64,000 nt of DNA from Squalus acanthias (Eukaryota): the NCBI GenBank assembly GCA_030390025.1, contig CM059432.1, forward strand, positions 117,306,001 through 117,370,000. Reading direction: 5' to 3'. A program made the position numbers and the translations under genes. Shown here one piece after another: positions 1-12,809 of the stretch (the first letter of the stretch is position 1; every line of letters starts with the position of its first letter). The notes beneath the pieces are model-generated. The model was not told the DNA's origin, did not search any database, and saw nothing but the letters and a program-made list of their open reading frames with translations.

Positions 1-59
1 ATGTGGAGCCGGCGACTTTCTGGATCAAGTTGACCCTACTTTTTAGTTTCTTCCCAAGG

Positions 60-475
60 TTCTGGAGATGGGGATTTGTTTTCATTAGAGCAAAGGAGGT
101 TGAGGGGTGATTTGATAGAGGCGTACAAGATTATGATGGGTTTGGATAGGCTAGACGGGGAAAGGCTGTTCTCACTAGTTGATGGTACAAGGACTAGGGG
201 ACACAGATTTAAGGTTTTGGGCAAGAGATACAGGGGGGATGTGAGGAAATACTTTTTACGCAGTGAGTGGTGAGGACCTGGAACTTGCTGCCGACGGAAG
301 TGGTGGAAGCGGAGACACTCAATGTTTTCAAGGGGAGACTGGATAGGCACTTGAGGGAAATAATATTGCAGGACTACGGGGATAGAGGGGGGGGGGGGAA
401 ATGGGACTGACTGGATTGCTCTACAGAGAGCCGGCATGGACTCGATGGGCCGAATGGCCTCCTTTGGTGCCGTTA
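60..475 (+). mobile_element. CR1 LINE 3' fragment
   Basis: ORF 76..273 (FSLEQRRLRGDLIEAYKI...TRGH...FL) is the CR1 ORF2 C-terminus, followed by a CR1-type 3' UTR (GATGGGCCGAATGGCCT). Confidence 0.85.
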
Positions 476-479
476 TGCC

Positions 480-733
480 AGGAACATTGCCCCAAGAACA
501 TGCCTGCAGTGCTGGAAAAAATTCAATGATTTAACCAGGTTTGTTAAGGTAAGAATACTGCTGAAATACTTTCTCATCACAGCTGCACCACTCACAGCCT
601 CATTAATTACAACACTGACAGAACTCACAAAACTGCCCTCCCCCACTACCCTGCACTTCTGCTCATGCTCACACACTCAGCATAATTACAAATGCTGTAC
701 TTACCCACAACTCACATCTCACACACACACATG

Positions 734-774
<41 letters not shown>

Positions 775-2110
775 TCAGCTATTCCACCATGACAGCCACA
801 TTGTCCAAACTCCTCACAAGACTCTCACTAAGACATTTCACTCTTTCTTGCAGGAGAAGGTCGCACACAACACCAGGCAACAGGCTGCCACCATTGAAGG
901 AAGAGCCGCCTGCACACCCTCTCCCCCCTTGAAGTGAACATCTTGGCAGCAATGGGAAGGGGCAGTGCAGAGGCCATGACCACTGGTGACGCCGGAGGAG
1001 ATACCATGCAGAGTTTCTTTATAACTAATCCTCTTTGTCCCTTCTGATTTCTTCCTTGCCCCACACACTCTGCATGACAAGCTGCAGATGCTTTCAAGCC
1101 CGCTTTTCTTTCTCTGCTCTCCCTCACACAACAAGCTAACCTTTGTCCCTTTCTTTGATTTCAGCTGCTGAGAAAATCAATTCCCCTCAGTCAGTGGAGA
1201 AAGAGGAGCGCAGTGTTGCAGAAGATGCATCATCACTTGATCTGAGCCAGTTCAGATACTGACACCAGTGGAGTTTAGAGGTTGGTTTTGGAGGGATCCG
1301 CACGTGGTAAGCCAGAGCAGGGGAAAAGGACGGCACAGGGGTCAGCTCACCGGAGAACGGGGTACATAGTAGTTCTTCTGCAGAGGACTCAGATGCAGAC
1401 TTCAATGGCCCAGGCTATGGAAAAGGCTCATGGACACACACCAGGAAATGCTCGGTACACTGGGCAGCCTGCCGGAGAACTTGCGCACAGTGTTGGGGAG
1501 CATGGAGGACTCCAGCTCCAACTTGTCTCAAGACTTTGCACAGCACATGGAGACCACTCTGTCCAAGATGGACCAAGTGGTCAGCTCCATCAGCACTGCA
1601 GTGGAAGCCACCATGATAGAACGTCTTATGACAACTCTGACAGCTTCCATGGCAGCACAAATTGGAAGCTCATTTGGCTACTATGGCAACTCACACTGTT
1701 GGTATGGATGCTCAGATGGTTGAACGGGACTTCTAGGGCATCACATCACTCTGTTCTCCAGCAAAGCATTACAAGTGCTGAAGCTCCGCCCCAGAAGAGT
1801 GACCTTGGCTCCATGGGAGAGGCACCTGCTGTCCTCACTCAGGATGACAGCATGCTTGCTCCCGAGCCAGTGCCCTTGCTGGTGCCATTCAGCCAGCCGG
1901 CCCAGAGTGCTGCAGTACTTGCTGAGATGGTGCAGTTTGTAGCTGGGACCTTTAGGCCCAGAGCTGCTCGAGATCATCCTCCAAGGCCATCTGCAAGTGT
2001 CCTTAATGGAAGCTCAGCAGCCTTTCACCTCCCAAGCTCTAGCCACCAGTGAAACACTTCGTAGGAGCACCAGGATAGGAAAGTGAGCACACAACACAGG
2101 CGCTTAGAGG
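480..2110 (+). pseudogene. Harbinger Myb/SANT-like gene remnant (spliced, H1)
   Basis: PRTCLQCWKKFNDLTRFVK is followed by donor GTAAGA after 548. Acceptor TTGCAG at 853 precedes EKVAHNTRQQ; a further acceptor lies at 1164. The C-terminal AVLTQDDS...RPRAAR motif is shared with H2/H3. Confidence 0.75.
721..770. repeat. (CA)n microsatellite in the H1 Myb intron
   Basis: Direct run of CA dinucleotides. Confidence 0.95.
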
Positions 2111-2114
2111 TTAC

Positions 2115-2232
2115 ACAACAACAACAAATTGCATTTATATAGCGCCTTTAAGATGCTTCACGGGGGAGTTAGCAAACAATATTTGACACCAAGACACATA
2201 AGGAGATATTAGGGCAGATGACCAAAAGCTAG
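2115..2232 (-). mobile_element. L2 LINE 3' tail fragment
   Basis: CAACAACAAC...TGCATTTATATAGCGCCTTT...ATTTGACACC...GACCAAAAGC, the same tail as at 13741-13880. Confidence 0.65.
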
Positions 2233-2249
2233 TGTATATGGTGGTCACT

Positions 2250-3303
2250 GCCTCTTATCCGCTTCTTCCTCCTCTTCTTCCACTTCCTGCTCCTCCTCCT
2301 GTACTTGCTGCTACCCAGGTCTGGTAAGAGATGGTCCCTCATGATGGCAAAGTTGTGGAACAGATGATGACAAATCCGGATACCCGCTCAGGGTGTACTG
2401 CAAAGTTCCTCCAGAATGGTCCAGGGAGCGGAATCATTGCTTCAGTATGCAGAATTTTTGCTCGATGATGTTCTTTGTGGCATCATGGCTCTCTTTGTGC
2501 CCGTGTACTGCAGCTGCACACGTGTTCCTGACTGGCTAACCCTTGGTGCCAAATGGCCAGCCTGCAACTTGGCAGCCTGGTTGGAATAAAGGGGTCACAG
2601 AGGACCGCCGCAGGATGAAAGAGTCGTGACTGCTGTTGGGATAACGGGCTCAGACCTGCATGTCGCGCTGCCTGTGGTCGCAAACCAGTTTACATGTTGA
2701 GGGAGTGGAATGCCTTTGGATTGATAAAGGTGCCAGTCTGATTATAGGGAGCACACAAGGCAATGTGTGCGCAGTCAATGGCATCTTGCACCATGGGGAA
2801 GTCTGCCATGCAGGCGAAACCCCGTGCTCTCTTGTCCTGCTTCTCTCTGTCAATAGCGAAGGAGATGGACGTATTTCTCATGGTGTAGAGAGCCTTGGTG
2901 ACCTCCCTGATACATTGGTATACTGCGGACTGCGAGATGTTGCTGATATCATCTATTGCAGCTTGAAAGGAGCCTGTGGCATTAAAGTTGAGGGCAGCAG
3001 TGACCCTGACAGGAACAAGCACTGCTATCCATGCCCTGGTTTGAGATTTGTAGTTGTGGCTGCAGCAATTGACATAGCTCAGTGACAACCGCCTTGGTAA
3101 AGCAAGGGCACCTCATACATTGCTTCTCAGTTATGTTGAGGTAGGAGAAGTACTCCCTGAAGACACTCCGTGGATATGGCCTCCTATCCACTGCCCTCCT
3201 CCTCCTCTTCCCTCTTCTGGCAGCTTCTCCTGCTCTGTGGTATCTTTCTTGCTGCTTCCCCTTGTTCACTATTCCCAAAGGCGGCCCTACCAGACCACCC
3301 ATG
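2250..3303 (-). pseudogene. Harbinger (HARBI1-like, DDE_Tnp_4) transposase remnant, H1
   Basis: ORFs 2982..3365 and 2690..3088 give RRPYPRSVFRE, VTAALNFNATGSFQ, AIDCAHIAL and AFHSLNM, then an acidic C-tail. Frameshifts and stops are present. Confidence 0.85.
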
Positions 3304-3984
3304 TCTAGAGCCAGGCTATTTGTGAGGCAAAGAGAAGTAGCACAAAGTGAAGAGTGAGAGAGCACAGAATGAAATGCCTAGAAGTTAAACAATAGCCAGA
3401 AATACTAAACCAGCAACTAACCTGTAAGTATGGCATGATCCCTTTAAATAGCACTGGCGAGGGGGCCTTCATTATGTTAAGTGTCACTTTGTACTGAGCG
3501 AGGTCAACACATGGCGAGTGAGGCACTGGGACAGTCCATAATGGAAAACAAATCTTTTCTGACGTGCAGGACCCTCATCTGCATAAATTAATTTCCAATT
3601 GGAATGTTGCTGGTGTGTGTTCCTGCTGCAAGCACAACTTCCTGTACCAATATGGCGGCTGGTGTTCCTCCGGCCGAAAGTCTGCATGCACTTCTTGTCG
3701 GCCATATTGGAGACTTAGTAGGCTGTTTAGCGCCTGAAAAATGGGCGCTACGCAGCCCAATTTGTAGGCCAGTGAGTGAGACAGAGCTCAAAACATGTGT
3801 ATCTATATGCAATAGATTCTATGGTTCAAGACAGATGTCTTTGGGGAACTCAATACTTGCCAGTACAGATGAGAAAGAAAAAGGTTCAAAGCATATTCAG
3901 TTTGATGATGCAGATCCTGATCTAAGGCTATTTTTCAGTGATGGATGATATAACACAGTGTAGGGTCAGTGTTTAGTAAAGCAC

Positions 3985-6900
3985 TGTTATAGTGGGAGTC
4001 TCTGAGAGTGCCTGCTTGAGCAGCAAGTGTAATATACTTGGGTAGAACAAATGAAGGATAGAGACATGATTAGTTGCTAGTCCATGTGCTTGCTTAATTA
4101 GGCCAGAGCGAACTGAGCATGCTCATACTAAACCATGTGACAAACCATGTGATAATACATTACACTGCTTTCCCCATAAAAAAAATGTATATATTCCCCT
4201 CTCAAATGCAACAAAACTATGGTCCCACCTTTCCCAGCATTACATGTACCACATAACAAAAACTCCTGGCTTTTTTAAAAAATGAACTACAAATCCAGTT
4301 TAATAACAGGTTTGCGGAGCCTTCCTGATCTCCTTAGTGAAGGTTTTGGTGTTGAACCAATTTTCAGGCTGTTTTGTTTTGGTTCCGAACTCAAAGTTGA
4401 TCCTGTTTCTATCGCAGACTCGTTTGAACCTGGTACTTCAGTTACTGAAGTCTGAACTGAGTCAGGCTCATGTATGTGTTCATGATCAAGTGGTTCAAGA
4501 TCACTGTCCAATCCAGGCCAGTAAACAAAGCTTCTTGCAATTGATTTCATACTGACGATCCCTGGATGTTCAGCATGAAGTTCGGCCAGAATTCTATCTC
4601 TCAAAGAAGTAGGTACCACTACTCTGTTTCCCCACTTGATACAACCTTGCTCACATAAGAACATAAGATGTAGAGCAGGAATAGATCATTTGGCCCCTCG
4701 AGCCTGCTCCGCCATTCAATAAGATCATGGCTGATCTGATCTTGGCCTCAACTCCACTTCCCTGCCCACTCCCCATAACCCTTCACTCCCTTACCATTCA
4801 AAAATCTGTCTATCTCCACCTTAAATATATTCAATGACCCAGCCTCCACAGCTCTCTGGGGAAGAGAATTCCAAAGTTTCACGACCCTCTGAAAGAAGAA
4901 ATTCCTCCTCATTTCCATTTTAAATGGGTGCCCCCTTATTCCGAAATTATGCCCCCTAGTTCTAGATTCCCCCACGAGGGGAAACATCCTCTCTGCATCT
5001 ACCCTATCAAGCCCCTTCAGAATCTTATATGTTTCAATGAGATCCTCTCTCATTCTTCTAAACTCCAATGAGTACAGGCCCAACCTTTCTTCATAAGACA
5101 ACCCCTTCATCTCCGGAATCAACCTCGTGAACCTTCTCTGAACTGTCTCCAATGCAAGTATATCCTTCCTTAAATAAGGAGACCAAAACTGTATGCAGTA
5201 CTCCAGGTGTGGTCTCACCAACACCCTGTACAATTGTAACAGGACTTCCCTACTTTTATATGCCATTCCCTTTGCAATAAAGGCCAACATTCCATTTGCC
5301 TTCCTAATTACTTGCTGTACCTGCATGCTAACTTTTTGTGATTCATGTACAAGGATCCCCAGATCCCTCTGTACCTCAGCATTTTATAATCTCTCCCCAT
5401 TTAAATAATAATTTGCTTTTTTATTTTTCGTACCAAAGTGGATAACCTTGCATTTTCCCACATTATACTCCATCTGCCAGATTTTTGCCCATTCACTTAG
5501 CCTATCTATATCCCTTTGGAGATTCTTTGCGTCCTCCACACAATTTGCTTTCCCACCTATCTTTGTATCATCAGCAAATTTGGCTACATTACATTCGGTC
5601 CCTTTATCCAAGTCATTAATATAGATTGTAAATAGTTGAGGGCCCAGCACTGATCCCTGTGGCACCCCACTAGTTACAGTTTGCCAACCTGAAAATGACC
5701 CATTTATCCTGACTCTCTGTTTTCTGTTAGTTAGCCAATCCTCTATCCATGCTAATATATTACCCCCAACCCCGTGAGCTCTTATCTTGTGCAGTAACCT
5801 TTGGCACCTTATCGAATGCCTTCTGGAAATCCAAATACTTGACATCTACTGGTTTCCCTTTATCCACCCTGCTCGTTACATCCTCAAAGAACTCCAGCAA
5901 ATTTGTCAAACATGATTTCCCTTTCATAAAACCATGCTGACTCTGCTTGACTAAATTATGATTTTCTAAATGTCCTGCTACCACATTCTTAACAAGGGAC
6001 TCCAGCATTTTCCCAATGACAGATGTTAGGTTAACTGGTCTATAGTTCCCTGCTTTCTGTCTCCCTCCTTTCTTAAATAGGGCATTATATTTGCAGTTTT
6101 CCAGTCCGCTGGGACCTCTCCAGAATCACAAGACAATTCAATGTGACAGTTATGGAATGGTTTCAATTCTGTGTTCATACACTGATCAGTCCATCCATTC
6201 AAGGTGTTTTCCTACACTCTTTTCAGTACTGAGTCCTTTTGAGTCTTATTTGCAATCTCAGTTGATTTCACGGGAAAGTCCTAGTCAACTGCACCTAGCG
6301 TGAAAATCGCACCTTCACTCCCAACACACGAGTCCTCATGTGGGAACCAGGACAAAGCATCAGCGATTGCATTTTGCTTTGAAGTGCGATATTCAATCGT
6401 GTAGTCATTGTGACAACAACACTGCCCAACATTGCATTCTTGGAGCGGCCATTGCAGTGTTGGCAGATTTGGGCCCCAATGTTGCTAGTAGCGGTTTGTG
6501 ATCGGTTATCAGGTTAAACTTTCTGCTGATCAGGAAATGTTGGAATTTTTTGATTCCAAACACTATGGCGAGTGCTTCCTTTTCAATTTGTGTGTAGTTT
6601 CTTTCACTCTTTGTGAGGGTTCGCGATGCGAACGCGATTGGTTTCTCTTGGCCGTCATCCATTATGTTGCTTATGACAGCTCCCACACCGTAGCTGGAAG
6701 CATCACACGCTAACTTAAGCTTATGCTCTGTGTCGAAGTGCACAGGTAGAGCATCGCTAGAAAGACTTCTCTTACAAGTGCCGTAAACTTCCTGTTGCAT
6801 TTTCATCCACTTCCACTTGACATCCTTCTTGAGGAACTCGTGCAATGGAGCTAACATGGTCACGAACACAGGTAAGAAATGTACGTAGTACTGGACCATT

Positions 6901-7262
6901 CCAAGGAAAGATCTTAATTCAGACACATTCTGTGGCTTTGGAGCACAGCATCAACCTTTTCCTTAACTGGTTGCAAGCCATTTGCCAGAACCTTGGGCTG
7001 CACAAAAGCACATTTGCTCCTTTTCAATTTGACATTGTGGGCATTCAACCTTTGAAGCACTCTATCTAACACTTCCAAATTCTCTTCCTCGCTGCTTGTT
7101 GTGATCAGCACATCATCTTGATTGCATAAGCAATTTGGAATTCCTTGCAAAATCTTATGCATCGTAGCCTGGAAGATTTTGAGGGAGGACTTTACACCAT
7201 GCGGCAGCTTGGTGTATGAGCACAGTCCCTTGTTTGTGTTGGTGGTGAGATACTGTTGACTC
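3985..7262 (-). mobile_element. Gypsy (Ty3) LTR retrotransposon remnant, RT-RNaseH-integrase, interrupted by CR1
   Basis: RT (CNQDDVLIT) 6914..7162; RNase H (LACDASSYGVGAV, EKEALAI, TDHKPL) 6405..6926; integrase zinc-binding region and C-terminus LRRSGRLRKP 4287..4664. The integrase core is deleted. PPT-like GGGGAAAGCAG precedes a TGTAAT-starting LTR at about 4164 to 3985. Confidence 0.85.
4656..6125 (-). mobile_element. CR1 LINE (5'-truncated RT and 3' end) inserted in Gypsy pol
   Basis: ORFs 5760..6008, 5384..5845 ([15 protein letters not shown]) and 4748..5326; (TTCTTATG)n tail. TCACA is duplicated at 4651-4655 and 6126-6130, and removing the insert restores Gypsy ELSCEQGCIKWG. Confidence 0.92.
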
Positions 7263-7624
7263 TCTGGGGGCGAAATTCATTGTCGCCCAGGAGTGGGCGC
7301 TAACTTTGGTAAAGTTTGAGATTTAGCGCCAGGCGCTAATGAATCAAGCTGCACGCAAACTTCAGTGTCATCGCTCAAAGAAAGGGTGGGAGTGCTAAAT
7401 CAAGCGCTAATGGCCTAGCTCAGTGGCGTTAGACTCAAAGTGCTAAGCAATTTCAGTTGCAGTCGAATCGCAAGTCATCATTGCCACAGGCTCTTTCCAG
7501 TTCTTAAAGGGGAGGTTCAACCATGCTGCAGAACCTCATTCTCTGCATTGCTGGTTCTGCAGCTGTCTCAGCAAGCAGCAGAAGGCCAAGGAGAAGGAAC
7601 CGGACCACTGAAGGAGGTGTCATT

Positions 7625-9528
7625 ATGGCAGATCAATGGCCCAGGGACAGAGCTCGCAGATTCTGCCGCCAAGCATTGGAGGCGTTGGTCCTCGCTGTGG
7701 AGAGACGGAGGGTGGTGCTCTACCCAGCAAGTGGCAGGAGGCCCTCGCCACAAGTCTTCCGTGCCATGTGGAGGGAGGTAGCACAGCAGGTCTCGGGCAG
7801 CACTGTGGTCCCCAGGACCCACACACAGTGCAGGAAGAATTTTAACAACCTCACTCAGGTGGTCAGGGTGAGTCAATGCTTCAACAAATGCTACATACCG
7901 CCATCTGAACCTCAGTCTTCACACACTGCCCAAAGCACCACACCCCCAGCACTCACCCACCAACAATCTCCACCGACCAGCACTCACACCCACATCTCAC
8001 ACCTTGCACACAATGACAGCTATTAAAATATGGCAGGCACATCACCCAAACACATTGCTCCACATTCACTCACACACTTTCCTTTCTCTTGCAGGCCAAG
8101 GTCGCTCACAACAGGAGGGAGCAGGAGCACACAGGCGGGGGACAACCTGACACCCAACCACTGTCTGAGCTGGAGGAAAGAGTGCTGCAAATCATTGGGC
8201 ACCAGGTGGTGGGCGCCGTGGCCACTGGCAACGTTGACCCCCTTGGGGACAACAATGGTATGTTCATCCCTACTCCTTCTTTTCACATCCCACTTGCCCA
8301 TCACCCCACAAGCCTTTCCCACTTTCCAGCTAATCATGCTGTATGCATGCATTTCTCTCTCCTGTCCCCCTCCCCTCAATTTAACCCGACCTTGTGCCTT
8401 TATGCTTTCAGATAATGAGCAAGCAGCTGAGCAGCCTGTCCCTGAGGGCACAGTTGAGAGCGAGATGGAAAAGAGGAGGAGGAAGAACACACCGTATCAC
8501 TGCATCTCTCACTCGCAGGCACCAGCTCAGATACTGGCCCTATGTGTTATTTAGAGGCTAGTATAGTAGCAGGATCTGCACAGGGAGAGGCACCGGGGAC
8601 GAGTGGGCTGCAGCAAGGCCAGGGGGAAAGGGTAGCTCGGGGGCCAGCTCCCCGGAGGGCGAGTTCGCGTACGAGTTCTGCTGCACAGGACTCAGATGAG
8701 GACCGCGATGTTGAGGCATTTAGAAGAAGGGTGATGGGCATGCACATGGAGATGATAGGCGCAATGGCAAGGGTGCCTGAGAGCCTCTCGGCAATGGTAA
8801 GGAGCGTGGAGGAGTCCGCCTCCAACATTGCACAGATCTCTGCGCACACCATGGAGCCCATCATTTCCAGTCTGCAAAGGATGGTAGACTCCCAGTGAGA
8901 CCGTGGCGACCCAGACCTCATGCTGCACGTGATGTCTGATGTTGTAGCTTCCATTGCAGCACAGGTGGAAGTGATGCAATGTCTTAATGCTGGAATGCAG
9001 TCTATGCTTGGTGCCATCGATTCTCCGACTGCTCTCCTGCAGTCTCAGCTTGATGCCACGCAAGCTCTGACTGCTGCCAACATGGCTGGATCAACTACTG
9101 TCCACCGGGGCTTTCATGGTATTGCAGCAGGCCAGCAATCTGTGCTCCAGCAGATTGGCAGTAATGCTGAGGTGCTGCCCTGGGGGAGTGGCAGTGGGTC
9201 AGGGGAGCAGGAAACTGCTGTCCTCTCTCAGGATGACAGCATTCCTGCTCCCACCACTGGCACTCTGCCATTGCCCTTGTTGCTACCTGTCATCCAGCCA
9301 GCCCAGACTGCTGCTGCCCATGCTGAGGTGGTGCAGTTTACAGCCGGGCCTTCTAGGCCCAGAGCTGGTCAAGGGCCTCCTGCAAAGCCATCTGAAGTCT
9401 CCCACACGGACACTTAGCAGCCTTCCACCAGCCCTGCTGCAGCCACTGGGCCAACACTTCATAGGAGCACTAGAGTAGGCAAAGGCACTGTAATGAGGGA
9501 CACTAAGAGATTGCACAAGGGTGAATAG
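7625..9528 (+). pseudogene. Harbinger Myb/SANT-like DNA-binding protein gene (3 exons), H2
   Basis: Exon 1 7625-7867 (RFCRQALEALVLAV...WREVAQQV...RTHTQCRKNFNNL, donor GTGAGT); exon 2 8095-8257 (AKVAHNRRE...TGGG, donor GTATGT); exon 3 from 8412. One frameshift at about 8465 and in-frame stops at 8896 and 9415. Confidence 0.8.
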
Positions 9529-9689
9529 CTAATATTATTGTTGGAAATATGTGTTCACTGATTATTCATAAATTTATTAATTGACTTTGGATGATTTTGT
9601 GGTGTCTCTCATTTCAGCTTTGTGCAGTGATATGGCCTGCGACAGGGATGGAATGATTGGAAAGTGGTGAGCAACGGGGATCTGAGGTT

Positions 9690-10490
9690 TAATTTATTGG
9701 AACCGCAGTCTGATGAGGCCGTCACGGACCGCCCTTCCAGAAGGGCGATTGAGTGGATGCCTCCTCCCTTGCTCCTGTTCCTCCTCCTCCTACTTCTCTT
9801 CCTCCTCCTCCTCATCTTCTTCTTCCTCCTCCTCCTTTCCCTCTTTCTCCTCCTGAGGTGGTCCCGCAATCCCTGGTGGCAAGGGCTGGGCCCTAATGAT
9901 GGCCAAGTTGTGGAGCATGCAGCAGACCACGACAAAATGGGACACACGGCTCCTCCCAAGTGGTCAAGGCAGCGGAACCGTTGCTTGAGCACCCCGATGG
10001 TCTGCTCGATGATGTTCCTGGTGGCAGCATGGCTCTCATTATATAAGTGCTGAGCAGGAGTGTTGGGGTTGCGGAGGGGAGTCATGAGCCAGGTGGAGAG
10101 CGGATAGCCCTTGTCTCGCCCAGCCAGCCGTGAGCTTGATGTGGCGGCTGGAAGAGTGCTGGCACACCGGTCTGGCGCAGGATGAAGGCATCATGGCTGC
10201 TGCCAGGATACCGGGCGTTCACATTGAGGATTCGCTGTCTTTGGTTGCACACCAACTGCGCATTAATTGAGTGGTAGCCTTTGCGGTTATGGAAGATGTC
10301 AGGATTGTTATGCGGTGCCCGCAAAGCCACGTGGGTGCAGTCAATGGCGCCGCAAAGCCATATGTGCATTTGTCCTGCTTCTCTCTGGTGATGGGGAAGG
10401 AAATGTAATCCCTTCTCCTACCGTAGAGAGCCTCTGTGACCTCCCGGATGCAGCGATGGATGGCAAACTGCGAGACTTGGCGCAGCCAAT
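9690..10490 (-). pseudogene. Harbinger transposase remnant, H2
   Basis: [41 protein letters not shown]...[26 protein letters not shown], then a poly-Glu tail. Frameshifted. Confidence 0.9.
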
Positions 10491-12809
10491 GGTTTACTCC
10501 ATCTGCATCAATTAAGCAGATCAATAAGGGCATGACCTGAGTCAAATAGTTCTAAATTTCAAATCCTTTTGCTATAATCAACTTGATCACTTGCAGAAAA
10601 CTATTTGAGTTATGAACACTCAGCTGCTGTATTCTGTTTTTTCAGGAACATTCTCAGACACAGATTATTTTTTTAATCATTTATTTAGGAGCTGGCATTC
10701 GTAACTTAAGCTGCCTAAAAAATCTCAGATTAAACAGTGAGGTGCAGTGGGGATGAGGTTGGACCTCATTGCATCCATTTCTCGAGTGCAAAATGGGGGC
10801 TGTAAAGGTCCAATTTTGGGGCCTTTGTCCCATTCCCCCCGAGAGCACCTGAAACACCTCCCACATTATTTTTGGCTCAGATGATATTCAGTCACCCCTG
10901 GCGGTCACGTCAAACAGGCCTTAGGCCCTTTACACGTGCTAATGAGACCCGAGGCCCAACTACGACAAGGCCTCGGGCCTCAGGCTTCTGGTGCGAGCTG
11001 CGAGTCCGTCGACCATTTTGGGCCCAAAAACCAAGCGTAAACGAATTTCTCCCCCACTCTCAATAGCACACCAGTGCCCTAAACCTTGCACACAAAATAC
11101 ATTCAACCTAACACACAATGACGAGGAAGAAGTGTTCTGATGGGTTTTAGCTAAGAATTAAAAATATTAAGAGCAGAGATTTTATTTCACTTTAATCAAT
11201 TATTAAGCAGAGGGGCTGTGATAATCAATTTAGCATGGTTTCGGCATGGGTACTGGCGGAGTGGTGCAAAAATCCCAGAAAAATATGGTGCGTTGTAAAT
11301 AATGGCGTAACTCACATGCGCCATAATTTCCTGGGACATTTGTGGTGTAAAATTCACCCAGCGCCGTAGATGCGCCGTTCCAATCTTATCTAAGAATGGT
11401 TAGCTTTTTGAACTTTCGCAACCCCAGGAAATAATAAATATTTGCATATCTGTGGAACCATCCTTACTAACATTAATCTTTGAACTCCCACAGCACTGCT
11501 GTCGTGGGAGTAGAGTAATAGAAGTGGTGCAATCCAATTTCCTCTGATGCTTTACAGAGCAATTTGTTTGGGTCAGCTACACCAGGCGAGCATTCTAATC
11601 ATTGCCCATTTGGACAAAAGACAAAAGTTAATTCTTTCCCTGCTAAAGCAATGAAGCATGACTTAAGCTAACACAGTAAGTAGCTGATTACCACTGGCTG
11701 AGTCACAGCCGCACAAGCCGTTTTCTCATTTCATTCATTTGTCCAGCCTTGGAGCTGTGTGTTGTGCTGGAAGTTACAGTACCACAAATATTGGAGGCAG
11801 GGGCGGGGGAGAGGGGGCGCGGAGGGATATTGCGACGATTAGCTAGGGGATTAAGACCTTCACCGGTTCAATGGCTTTCCTCTGAATATCATCAGTTATC
11901 AGGTTTTTGCAGCAGAGGTGAAGTTCGGGAATTTGTAGGGTGGGCATGTTCACTGCCGACCTCTGCTCTGGTTTCTGGCTGTCTGATTGATAGCAAACTG
12001 TGGGCGTGAAGAGCAGAGTGCAGTGACGCAACTGCACAAGCTCCTGGCATGACACCATTTGATTAACATTGCTGAAATTGATCTCCGCTGCAAAGTCCTC
12101 ATAGTGGGTGTTCTTAGGCCAAAAGCCTCATAACGAGTAGGCTTCCTTAATTCCGATGTGCATCTCAAAGTAAATCACTTTAGGAGAACGAAAGGGACGA
12201 TTCACCTTCAATTCAAATTTATTCTGGAAGTCACTCAGAGTAACTTACACATTAAGAATTACAATGCAGTGCCATGCACATTAAGCAGCTGCACTATAAA
12301 ATAGCCAAAATTCAGTGAGCACAATACAATATAAACTCACTTTTCCATAAACTACAGCACGAGATTTTCCAGGTTCGCTATCCAGTCGGTGTAACATACC
12401 ATTTTAAGTGTACACATAAGGAGTAATTTTACAAATTGTGCTTCCAGTGTGGAGCTTCACCCACTGGCAGCGCATCTCAGGAACTCCAACGCACGGTTTT
12501 ACACCCACTCATTTTTATGAATGGATATTCACTCTGGGCAGACAGCACAAATTCTCAAAATTTATTGTATTTATATTTGCTGGATGGGAGGATTAGAGGA
12601 TGGGCTCCATTATAGCTATCAATATATACATATAGGAGTGTAGTGGTTATGTTACTGGACTAGTAATCCAGAGGCTGGACTAAAATCTGTGAAATTGGGG
12701 GTAATTTTGACTTTGGGCAATAGTGAAAAACGGGTGACATCGATTCAGCCACCCGTTATATATCTCTCCTGATTTTAAATTCTATTGAAGCCAATGGAGG
12801 GCACAGAAG

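Larger units (their letters stand above)
480..3770. mobile_element. PIF/Harbinger DNA transposon copy H1 (decayed; left end not seen)
   Basis: Myb/SANT-like gene remnant on + is convergent with a DDE transposase remnant on -. A TIR-like end (CCCAATTTGTAGGCC) finishes at 3770. Confidence 0.8.
7266..11055. mobile_element. PIF/Harbinger DNA transposon copy H2 (both termini recognisable)
   Basis: Left GGGGGCGAAATTC (7266) and right GAATTTCTCCCCC (11055) form an inverted pair. Myb-like gene on +, transposase on -. The transposase 5' part is missing or replaced around 10490-10870. Confidence 0.75.

Noticed and set aside
9664..10053. Leu/Phe-rich ORF resembling a membrane protein
   Set aside because: It is the antisense reading of the transposase poly-Glu tail.
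2250..10490. Domesticated host HARBI1/NAIF1 genes
   Set aside because: Multiple copies, frameshifts and stops, and TIRs indicate transposon remnants rather than host genes.
7255..11070. H2 as a clean insertion into the Gypsy RT
   Set aside because: Gypsy sequence does not recognisably resume after 11055, and the TSD is ambiguous (TCT/ACT).
11213..11400. Small palindromic MITE candidates (also about 12420-12560, 16800-17070 and 59170-59280)
   Set aside because: Too degenerate to define TIRs or TSDs by eye.
12636..12690. tRNA gene
   Set aside because: Only a partial tRNA-like SINE or LINE head; no complete cloverleaf.
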